From an uncultured Sangeribacter sp. (GTDB lineage Bacteria; Bacteroidota; Bacteroidia; Bacteroidales; Muribaculaceae), in NCBI GenBank assembly GCA_964503095.1, contig CAZCZX010000001.1, positions 1 to 52,799 on the forward strand: 52,799 bases of DNA, read 5' to 3'. The notes under the pieces are model-generated. The model ran no database searches. It was not told the origin of the DNA and saw nothing but the letters and a program-made list of their open reading frames with translations. Made by a program: the position numbers and the translations under genes. Numbering within the stretch: the first letter of the stretch is position 1; the number at the start of each line of letters is the position of its first letter. This document shows, in pieces, positions 10,064 through 18,169 of this stretch.

Positions 10064-11789
10064 ATTCGAGAGAGAAAGTCTCTTTCCCTGTTGAAAGTCT
10101 AAGGGGTTCGGAATATTTTCCGAGTCCCTTTTCTCTTTTGCACATCCCAAATTCTCTCAATATGCAATGGCGGGTTGTCATGAGGCGTTTACCGATTCTT
10201 TTTGACTCAGGCAGAGATTCCATAGCACTCTCTATTTTCTTGACTCCATGATCACGATAGAATTTTTCAGCAAGACTATTGGCAACATTGTCACGATAAT
10301 CAAGACTATCGGTCATGTATCTCGCTTGCGGATTTTCTTTCCTTCTATATGAATAGGGATATGTGGATAAGTTTGCTTGGTCAAGGGCTGTTATCACTTT
10401 TCTTCTCAATTCGGTAAGTTGTCCGGCAGGAATGAAGACAGTGGGGTCAAGTTTAGATTCGAAGCTGATCAATCTATATGGCGTATTGCCAAGTTTTGAG
10501 AAAATGGGAGAGTAGTCCATTCTCTTTTTTGCTAAGTCTCGGGAACAGTCTAATGGAATACGTATTTCGCAACCTCTCTCATCACTGGCTGTGATCCCTG
10601 TATCATCAATAGTAAAGGAGACTCCGATTTTTCTTGCTGCTGTCTCGCGTTGCAATTCTTTGTCCCAAACACGGTCGAAAGTGCGATGTATTTCTGCTCC
10701 TTTGGGTATGGCGACAGGTTTTGATGTCAGTATGCGGTTACCTTGCACTCCATTCACCATTGCCCCTGTATAATTTCCGTCAGCATCAAAGAAACTTATT
10801 CCATCTCCATTATTTAGTTTTGAGATGTTGCTTATAATCTCTCCTAAAGATTTTGGAGTGTCGGGAGAGATTATGCTTTTCGGACGTCTTGAATCAATGA
10901 AATAATGTGTAAATCCTCGGTTGAACGACTTTGAAAGTTCAGGGGTGAAAGATATTTCAGAAACTCCGAAACTGCTGCGTTTATATTTTTCAGGATGAAT
11001 TGCAATAATGTTATCAATTGCTTTCCGGTAGGATGCCACAGTATTTTTCACATATGCTGCCTCCTTGAGTCGACCCTCGATTTTAAAACTTGATACTCCG
11101 GCTTCGATCATCTTCGGCAATATGTCTATGGTGTTCAAATCCCGAAGCGACAGCAAATGCTTGTCTTTGGCTATTACTTTTCCTGTGGAATCTGTAAGAG
11201 TATAAGGCAGTCGGCAAAGTTGGGCACATTCTCCTCTATTGGCACTTCTTCCGCATGTTGCAAAACTGGCATGGCATCGTCCGGAATAGCTTACGCATAG
11301 TGCCCCATGGATAAATGATTCCAAGGGAATTATGACGCACTCTGCCATCTTCCGTATCTCTTCGAGTGTCAGTTCTCGGGGGAGGACAAGTTGGCTAAAC
11401 CCTACATCTTGAAGAAACTTTGCTTTTTCGGGTGTACGGATATCACACTGCGTGCTGGCATGAAGTTCTATAGGAGGAATGTTCATGCGAAGAATACCCA
11501 TGTCTTGTACTATAATCGCATCCACGCCTGCATGGTATAGATCATTTATCAGGCGTTCAGCAATTTTAAGTTCTTTCTCATAAACTATAGTATTGACCGT
11601 CACATAAACTTTTGCTCTGAAAATATGGGCAAAATCCACTGTCCGCTTGATATCGTCGATAGAGTTTGCGGCATTGCGACGAGCACCATGACTCGAGGCC
11701 CCCATATAGACAGCATCAGCGCCATGCAAGATAGCCTGCATGGCGATGTCAGCATTCCCAGCCGGAGCAAGAAGTTCCAGTTTTCTCAT
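10026..11789 (-). CDS. U32-family Fe-S protein with DUF3656-like C-terminus (RlhA-like RNA hydroxylation protein)
   Basis: ELLAPAG, GADAVY, HASTQ, HGALCVSYSGRC...NRGECAQLCR Cys cluster and FKIEGR. Length (587 aa) fits the long RlhA-type clade. Confidence 0.85.
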   Translation of the reverse strand: MRKLELLAPAGNADIAMQAILHGADAVYMGASSHGARRNAANSIDDIKRTVDFAHIFRAKVYVTVNTIVYEKELKIAERLINDLYHAGVDAIIVQDMGILRMNIPPIELHASTQCDIRTPEKAKFLQDVGFSQLVLPRELTLEEIRKMAECVIIPLESFIHGALCVSYSGRCHASFATCGRSANRGECAQLCRLPYTLTDSTGKVIAKDKHLLSLRDLNTIDILPKMIEAGVSSFKIEGRLKEAAYVKNTVASYRKAIDNIIAIHPEKYKRSSFGVSEISFTPELSKSFNRGFTHYFIDSRRPKSIISPDTPKSLGEIISNISKLNNGDGISFFDADGNYTGAMVNGVQGNRILTSKPVAIPKGAEIHRTFDRVWDKELQRETAARKIGVSFTIDDTGITASDERGCEIRIPLDCSRDLAKKRMDYSPIFSKLGNTPYRLISFESKLDPTVFIPAGQLTELRRKVITALDQANLSTYPYSYRRKENPQARYMTDSLDYRDNVANSLAEKFYRDHGVKKIESAMESLPESKRIGKRLMTTRHCILREFGMCKREKGLGKYSEPLRLSTGKETFSLEFNCRDCEMHLLG

Positions 11790-11801
11790 CTTATCGAGGG
11801 A

Positions 11802-12254
11802 TTATTTCTTCATCATTCGGTCGAGGATACGCTTGTCTTCACGCTCCTTGATGGCCTGACGCTTATCATATTGCTTCTTGCCTCGCGCAACTCCAACCAC
11901 AAGTTTTGCATACCCCCGATCGTTTATGAAAATTCTTAAAGGTATCAGTGTATAACCGGGATCCGCAATTGCCTTTTCTATCTTTGCTATCTCCTTTTTT
12001 GAGAGAAGGAGTTTACGGTCACGACGTGCAATATGGTTATTATATGATCCATAAAAATACTCTGAGATATTCATACCTTTCACCCAAACTTCACCTCCGT
12101 CAATAATGCAATATGAGTCTGTAAGAGAGGCCTTACCGCTCCTTATTGACTTGATTTCAGTGCCTGTAAGCACCATCCCTGCCGTGTAAGTATCTCCGAT
12201 TTCATAATCAAACGAAGCACGTCGGTTCTTTATATTTATATTTTTTGCATCCAT
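11802..12254 (-). CDS. smpB: SsrA-binding protein
   Basis: [29 protein letters not shown]. Confidence 0.97.
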   Translation of the reverse strand: MDAKNINIKNRRASFDYEIGDTYTAGMVLTGTEIKSIRSGKASLTDSYCIIDGGEVWVKGMNISEYFYGSYNNHIARRDRKLLLSKKEIAKIEKAIADPGYTLIPLRIFINDRGYAKLVVGVARGKKQYDKRQAIKEREDKRILDRMMKK

Positions 12255-12256
12255 TA

Positions 12257-12886
12257 TTAGAAAATTAATTCAGAAAGCCACATGAAAAAATATGGCATCA
12301 CTATTACTGTTACAACAATCGTCACCATGCAGCGGTTGTGATATTGCTCGGGCAATCTGAGAAATCTCACCCCTTTAGTGATGATGAATGCTGTCCATAT
12401 GGGCAAGAATACTGTCAGAGGTTCTAATATTGGCAAAACTTCCGCTGGGATCCAGAAAAGAGCAAGGCTTGCCAAGGCATATTGCACTATCAGTTTGAAA
12501 TAAGCAGATTCAGTTTTTGTTTTGGCAGCATACGGGAAGAGCCAACGGCAAACCACTTGCACTGCAAAATAACTGAAGAAAAATGATGCGAAGATTGAAA
12601 CTGCGCTTATAAGGGTAGTGGAAAGATTGAATTCCGGAAGATAAAACCAATCGGAAAAACGGCAAACGGAGGCCAGAGCCACGATAGGGTAGAAGCATCC
12701 TGCGGCAGTCTGCTCGGGTGTAAGACGAGAGCGCCGCAAGTCTTTCCACCCTGCAGTCCCCATCATTAGAATATTAAGCAGCAACAAAAAAGCATTTCGC
12801 CCCTTTTTCTGCTTTTTCTCGGATGCAACCTCATTAGATGTCTCTTCCGAATTTATATTTAAATCATCTGATTCTAAATTGCTCAT
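12257..12886 (-). CDS. YIP1-like integral membrane protein
   Basis: About 5 hydrophobic helices; first gene of the unit with smpB and U32. Family call is tentative. Confidence 0.55.
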   Translation of the reverse strand: MSNLESDDLNINSEETSNEVASEKKQKKGRNAFLLLLNILMMGTAGWKDLRRSRLTPEQTAAGCFYPIVALASVCRFSDWFYLPEFNLSTTLISAVSIFASFFFSYFAVQVVCRWLFPYAAKTKTESAYFKLIVQYALASLALFWIPAEVLPILEPLTVFLPIWTAFIITKGVRFLRLPEQYHNRCMVTIVVTVIVMPYFFMWLSELIF

Positions 12887-12941
12887 TGCTTATAAAGATA
12901 TCCTCAACTTCCATCATAGAAAGTTAAATCGTTACAAACTG

Positions 12942-12972
12942 CAAAATTAATGATTTGTTCATAAATATCAAA
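12942..12972 (-). promoter_or_regulatory. Sigma-A promoter for the YIP1-smpB-U32 unit
   Basis: Minus strand: TTTG (12969-12972), 19-nt spacer, TAATTTTG (12942-12949). Confidence 0.7.
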
Positions 12973-13066
12973 AGATTTTCCCCAATTTATTACACTTCGT
13001 TTTATAATCTTCACTAATTATTGCTCCTCATTTTTGGAATCAACATATTATGTTTTCTCTTACGCC

Positions 13067-15745
13067 TTAAAGAACTTCTGAAATAATTTCACCATCTTCA
13101 GTAATACCTTCAATGATTATCTGATAATCCGGGGAGATCTTTGATTTCAAATTGATTGAATGACCATTCCCATCAAATCTGACCCTTGGCAGCCAAAGAA
13201 GTGTAGGATGTGTCGCGAGATCATATTCATCAGAATCCGAAGAAAGAAGAGGACTCGCATATTCCTTATATCTCTGGTATCCAAGCGGAAGATAATCTTT
13301 CAGTTCAAACTGTTTTTCTTTTTGATTCTTATCACCTGTTTTGGTAATAATCCAAAGCATTCCTCCTAACCCATAAGATTTGACAAAGTCAAGACTTTCA
13401 ATACTGCTAAATGGAATATATAGTTCCAGTTCATCCAAAGTCGGAGTGAAATTTCTGCCTGTAAGGCTGTTTACACTGTTTTTGTTGGGATATGCACCGC
13501 TCAATAGCATTCGTGTATTGTAGGGATTGACGTTCGCAATACTGTTATCCGCAAAGCGAGAAGTCGCGTATGTGCCAGGTATAGCTTCATTAAGAATACC
13601 TGATCCGCTCCCACTGCTTTCCACAGGCATATCCAACGGTGTCCCATCTATGAAGAAGACTACTTTTTCGTTTCTATACATCAGATGGCCGTTTCTGATA
13701 CTCATGCCTGGAATTCCCCTTAAAGCCTGTTCCAAAGACGTTATTCCTTTTTTACTAAAGTCTTCGGCATTCCTTGTATAGGATGATATGGTATGGAAGA
13801 CGTTAATATCGGGATTGTTGTTGAATGCCTGCACCTTGATCTCATCGAGCATAATCCAGCGGATATTTTTGAAATACTCTGCCGGGTCTAATTCCATCGC
13901 GATAGTTGGCTTTTCGTTCAACCAGTCTATAGAAGGATATTCTTCTTCATCTATGTCATAGTTGCTCTCGTTGTTTCCTTTTAAGTTCATGGCTCTAATG
14001 ATGAACGACGTACCCTCTGGGAGATCAAAACCGTTAAGACGGAAATTTCCCTGTGCATCGGTCTCGGCAAAGGTGCCGAAGTTGCTTTTTGGGGCTATGG
14101 CATATATGAGCACATCTTTCATTGGTTTTCCCTTCCATCTCGAGCGCACTTGTCCGGATATCTCCTGTCCAATTTCAAGAGGAATCTGAGGCTCTTCATA
14201 TTTTCCTTTGATTGCCTCCGGAATATTGTATCGACTCCAGCCATTTACCATCATCACTAAATCAAGATTTTGCTCTGCATCAGGATCGTCTGAAAAATAA
14301 TAAGCAGGATTTTCTATACGGCCTCGCAACTCGCTTTCCAGAAGAAGCCTTGTGCGTATGTCCCTGTCGACTTTTTCTTTCAATATCTTTCCATTTAGAA
14401 TTCTTACAGAACAGTCTGCCGACGATATAGCAGGGGCTTTCAATGATATTGACATCGAATCCAGAGAAACTTTTGATATTTTTGGTGCTTCACTGTCTGC
14501 TCCAACAAAGAATAGACGTTCGCTCATCACTACGCTGTCTGATCGCGACACCAATAAGGCTTGATAAAGTCCCGTAGGCAATTCGCTTCTATTGATGTAT
14601 AGGGGGGCATCGGCAGATATGGGCGAGGCAAGGATACCACCGCCTCTCAATGCCAAAACCAACTCAAGATCAAGACCCTCTCCTCCGGCTACGCTGAAAT
14701 ATGATTTGTCATCGGCCACATCATATCGCAATGAAGCTGCTTCTGATCTCGGAGAGCCTATCTCGACGGATCTCGCCTCACCATCTCGCCCTAAATATTT
14801 TGCATAGTAGCGGTTTCCTTCTTCGGGAGTAAACTCAACACAACCCATACCGTTGTGGACAGTACTGAACTCTGCAATTACATTATCAGCATCGTCACAG
14901 ACAATACCGGATGCAGAGACCCCATTACCCACTTCGTCAATCGCTTTGAAAGCCACTCTACACTCCTTTCCTCCAATAAGCCATCCACCCTCCGGATAGA
15001 ATACAATATCGATCTTTTCTATTGGATATTCTACAGGCACATATCGGTAATAGTCTCCAAATCTCACAAGAACTATATCCTCCCCCTTGCCGCGATTGAA
15101 CTTTCGGCTGAATCCTTTTCTTGCATCAGGCATTTCTTTATATTTTCCATCCTTCATGGTCCACGACATGACATTATAATTCATTTTCTCACCATTGATA
15201 GACTTGATCCTGAAAGATCCTTTGACTTCTCCTGAAACAGTTGGTGTAAATTCCGATTCTATTACATATTTTGAACTGTATTGCGAAAGAAGCCTTAAAG
15301 GCTTACGAAAAAAATAGTCTTTTCCTTCGTTTTCGGAATACATGGTATATGCTGCTAATGTATAGTCCCCTTGGTATATATCCTCGTCGATTGGAATATA
15401 ACCGGAGTAGACTCCATCTTTTTCGATTATCTTGATTCTATCCGATACTTCTCCAAAAGGATTAAGCAATTCAAGATACACATATTTGCTTATATTGACC
15501 TGCTTATGATTGGCTGCATCCACAACGAATACCCTACACCATACAGTGTCACCACTTGAATAGACGTTTCGGTCAGTGACGACATGAAGTTTTTCCTGCG
15601 GATATATACATTGCTGAATATTTATTCGGTCAAGAGCCGTTTCCCTAACTTCCGATTTGGCACAGATATCATTAGGAAGCATGCAAGCGCACCCCAGAAT
15701 TGCAGAATATACAAATCCACGAAGAAAGTAATTCAATTTTATCAT
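13067..15745 (-). CDS. Large secreted protein: MG2-like N-terminus, carboxypeptidase-regulatory-like domain and TonB-plug-like segment, no beta-barrel
   Basis: Signal peptide; EKLHVVTDRNVYSSGDTVW (MG2-like); FYPEGG; LLLESELRGRIENP; ISGQV...TDAQGNFRL; LEQALRGIPG...FFIDG (plug-like); C-terminal TLLWLP. Confidence 0.7.
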   Translation of the reverse strand: MIKLNYFLRGFVYSAILGCACMLPNDICAKSEVRETALDRINIQQCIYPQEKLHVVTDRNVYSSGDTVWCRVFVVDAANHKQVNISKYVYLELLNPFGEVSDRIKIIEKDGVYSGYIPIDEDIYQGDYTLAAYTMYSENEGKDYFFRKPLRLLSQYSSKYVIESEFTPTVSGEVKGSFRIKSINGEKMNYNVMSWTMKDGKYKEMPDARKGFSRKFNRGKGEDIVLVRFGDYYRYVPVEYPIEKIDIVFYPEGGWLIGGKECRVAFKAIDEVGNGVSASGIVCDDADNVIAEFSTVHNGMGCVEFTPEEGNRYYAKYLGRDGEARSVEIGSPRSEAASLRYDVADDKSYFSVAGGEGLDLELVLALRGGGILASPISADAPLYINRSELPTGLYQALLVSRSDSVVMSERLFFVGADSEAPKISKVSLDSMSISLKAPAISSADCSVRILNGKILKEKVDRDIRTRLLLESELRGRIENPAYYFSDDPDAEQNLDLVMMVNGWSRYNIPEAIKGKYEEPQIPLEIGQEISGQVRSRWKGKPMKDVLIYAIAPKSNFGTFAETDAQGNFRLNGFDLPEGTSFIIRAMNLKGNNESNYDIDEEEYPSIDWLNEKPTIAMELDPAEYFKNIRWIMLDEIKVQAFNNNPDINVFHTISSYTRNAEDFSKKGITSLEQALRGIPGMSIRNGHLMYRNEKVVFFIDGTPLDMPVESSGSGSGILNEAIPGTYATSRFADNSIANVNPYNTRMLLSGAYPNKNSVNSLTGRNFTPTLDELELYIPFSSIESLDFVKSYGLGGMLWIITKTGDKNQKEKQFELKDYLPLGYQRYKEYASPLLSSDSDEYDLATHPTLLWLPRVRFDGNGHSINLKSKISPDYQIIIEGITEDGEIISEVL

Positions 15746-15771
15746 AAATCGTCAAATTAAGTGGCATATTG

Positions 15772-15803
15772 CAAATTTATACAAAATCTTCGATAATACC
15801 AAA
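15772..15803 (-). promoter_or_regulatory. Sigma-A promoter for the MG2/plug gene
   Basis: Minus strand: TTTG (15800-15803), 20-nt spacer, TAAATTTG (15772-15779). Confidence 0.65.
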
Positions 15804-15852
15804 TTTTCACCTCATAAAATGATAAACAACAGGAAAATTGTTACAAATAATA

Positions 15853-15882
15853 AAATCGCATCTGCGATGGCAGATGCGATTT
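15853..15882 (-). terminator. Intrinsic terminator after purF
   Basis: Perfect 13-bp stem AAATCGCATCTGC/GCAGATGCGATTT with 4-nt loop and AT-rich flanks. Confidence 0.8.
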
Positions 15883-15906
15883 ATTTTGCTTGGCGTTTTG
15901 ATTTCT

Positions 15907-17319
15907 TTAGAAGTGGGAGGTGCCGTCGAAGCAGTGGGTGCATACCTGGTCTTTGGGGAGGCCTATAGCTTCGATGAGGTTTTCGAGGGTGTTGAATTTG
16001 AGGGAGGTGAGGCCGTAGCGTTCTCTCATTTTTTCTACCATCTTACAGTAGCGGCAACTTCCGGTCTTGGCATATTCATCCAAGTGTGCGTTGGGGTCTC
16101 CTTCCAGTTCTTCGATGATGCGGCGTGTGAGCAATTCCATCTCCGATTTTGAGGATGTGAAGTTGAGATAGCGGCATCCATAGATGAGTGGAGGACATGC
16201 AATACGCATGTGCACCTCTTTAGCACCACAATCAAACAGCACCTTAACATTGTCGTTGAGCTGAGTGCCTCTTACGATTGAGTCATCGCAGAAAAGTGCC
16301 TTCTTCCCTTTGAGCATAGCCTCATTAGGCACGAGTTTCATCTTTGCAATGAAGGAACGCATCGATTGGTCGGCAGGTGTGAAACTGCGTGGCCAAGTAG
16401 GTGTATACTTTGATATGCAACGCTGATAAGGTGTGCCATGGCCGGCAGCATATCCGAGTGCCATGCCAACTCCGGAATCAGGAATACCGGCTACACAGTC
16501 TATCTCAGTCTCCTTGTCTTGCTGTCCGAGGGCATATCCTGATTTGAAGCGGACTTCCTCAACGTTGCGGTTCTCATATGTAGAGGTTGGGAATCCATAA
16601 TAGACCCACATGAAAGCACAAATCTGCATTTCCTTGTTGGGAGCACGTAGTTGTCGGATTCCGTCAGGCTTGAGCTCGACAATCTCACCCGGACCAACAT
16701 CACGAAGCAAGCGATAGTCAAGGTTGGGGAATGAGGTAGACTCACTGCTCACAGCGTAGCCCTCTTCTTTCTCACCGATAACTATGGATGTGCGGCCAAG
16801 TTTGTCGCGTGCTACGATTACTGAATTTTCTGTAAGAATCAGCATTGAGCATGAACCTTTCACCTTATTATATACATTCTCAATCCCTTCAACAAAAGTC
16901 TTGCCTTGATTGATAAGGAGGGCTACCAATTCAGTAGGATTAGTGACTCCGGAACTGAGTTCTGCAAAGTGTTCTCCATTATCGAGAAGTTCTTTTTCCA
17001 GTTCATCAAGATTGTCGATTTTGGCCACAGTGACGATAGCGTATCTGCCAAGGTGGGAATTGATAGTGATAGGTTGCGGATCAGTGTCGCTGATGACTCC
17101 AATGCCCATGTTGCCCTTATATTTGTGCAACTCCGATTCAAATTTTGTGCGGAAATAAGTGCTTTCGAGCGAGTGGATAGAACGGCAGAACCGTTTTTCT
17201 TCCGGATCGTAGGTCACCATACCACCGCGGCGAGTGCCGAGATGTGAGTTATAGTCAACGCCATAAAAGATATCGTTGACACACTTTCGTTTTAAGGCTG
17301 CGCCAAAAAAACCTCCCAT
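15907..17319 (-). CDS. purF: Amidophosphoribosyltransferase-family protein lacking the N-terminal catalytic Cys
   Basis: PRTase motifs GIPDSG and CDDSIVRGT; Fe-S-type Cys (QICAF, YGC, CTHCFDG). N-terminus is MGGFFG rather than CGxxG. Confidence 0.85.
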   Translation of the reverse strand: MGGFFGAALKRKCVNDIFYGVDYNSHLGTRRGGMVTYDPEEKRFCRSIHSLESTYFRTKFESELHKYKGNMGIGVISDTDPQPITINSHLGRYAIVTVAKIDNLDELEKELLDNGEHFAELSSGVTNPTELVALLINQGKTFVEGIENVYNKVKGSCSMLILTENSVIVARDKLGRTSIVIGEKEEGYAVSSESTSFPNLDYRLLRDVGPGEIVELKPDGIRQLRAPNKEMQICAFMWVYYGFPTSTYENRNVEEVRFKSGYALGQQDKETEIDCVAGIPDSGVGMALGYAAGHGTPYQRCISKYTPTWPRSFTPADQSMRSFIAKMKLVPNEAMLKGKKALFCDDSIVRGTQLNDNVKVLFDCGAKEVHMRIACPPLIYGCRYLNFTSSKSEMELLTRRIIEELEGDPNAHLDEYAKTGSCRYCKMVEKMRERYGLTSLKFNTLENLIEAIGLPKDQVCTHCFDGTSHF

Positions 17320-17400
17320 AAGATTGTCAAGTTTAGCTTGTTACCTGTATTAATATTGAATTTGGCTTTGGTTAGTATTTCCTTTGCCTCTTTCACGATG

Positions 17401-17408
17401 CAAAATTA
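17401..17408 (-). promoter_or_regulatory. -7 element (TAATTTTG) for purF
   Basis: Consensus match about 80 nt upstream of ATG 17319. Confidence 0.55.
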
Positions 17409-17547
17409 ATAAAAAGTTAGATACAATCCACTATACAATGCAAAAAAAATTCAGAGTAGAAAAAAATTTAGAAATGAGATGAACCTTTTTTTACATGCTT
17501 TTGTTTAGTGTTAAAAATCACAAATAAACCTATAAACTATATAAAAA

Positions 17548-18090
17548 ATGAAAGAACTCAAAGGAAGTAAGACCGAAGAATGTCTGTTGGCTGCTTTAGC
17601 CGGTGAATCTCAAGCATGTGTGAAATACTCTTTCTATGCAAAGAAAGCCAAGAAAGATGGATATCAGCAGATTGGCAACATCTTCGAAGAGACATCCAAA
17701 AACGAGCATGCGCACGCTAAGCTCTGGTTTAAATATCTACATGGCGGTGACGTTCCAGAAACTCCTGAAAATCTTGTTGATGCAGCAGCAGGCGAGGAAT
17801 ACGAATGGGAAGATATGTATGTAAGATTTGCAGCGATTGCCCGCGAAGAAGGCTTTACAGAAATTGCTAAGAAATTCGAGATGGTTGGAGCCATTGAGAA
17901 AGCACACATGGAACGCTATCGCAAACTTCTAAAGAACATTGAGGAAGGAATCGTATTCTCACGCGATGGCGACCGCGTCTGGATGTGCCTTGAGTGTGGA
18001 AATCTCCATATCGGAAAGTCTGCCCCACAGATCTGCCCGGTATGCAGCCATCCGCAAGCATATTTTGAACTTCGCCCTGAAAATTATTAA
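17548..18090 (+). CDS. rbr: Rubrerythrin
   Basis: AGESQA, EHAHA and EKAH diiron motifs; C-terminal CLECG...CPVC rubredoxin domain. Confidence 0.95.
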   Translation: MKELKGSKTEECLLAALAGESQACVKYSFYAKKAKKDGYQQIGNIFEETSKNEHAHAKLWFKYLHGGDVPETPENLVDAAAGEEYEWEDMYVRFAAIAREEGFTEIAKKFEMVGAIEKAHMERYRKLLKNIEEGIVFSRDGDRVWMCLECGNLHIGKSAPQICPVCSHPQAYFELRPENY

Positions 18091-18112
18091 TCAAATCACT
18101 AACACAGTATAT

Positions 18113-18147
18113 ATAATGGCGTCGAGGAAAATCCTCGACGCCATTAT
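18113..18147. terminator. Probable bidirectional terminator between convergent rbr and GH43-GH8 genes
   Basis: Perfect 16-bp inverted repeat ATAATGGCGTCGAGGA / TCCTCGACGCCATTAT with 3-nt loop. Confidence 0.85.
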
Positions 18148-18169
18148 GATTTTTATCATTAATCGTTGT

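Noticed and set aside
11802-13066. tmRNA or tRNA near smpB or in other spacers
   Set aside because: No tRNA-like arms (GTTCGA T-loop with acceptor stem) were recognised in the intergenic regions.
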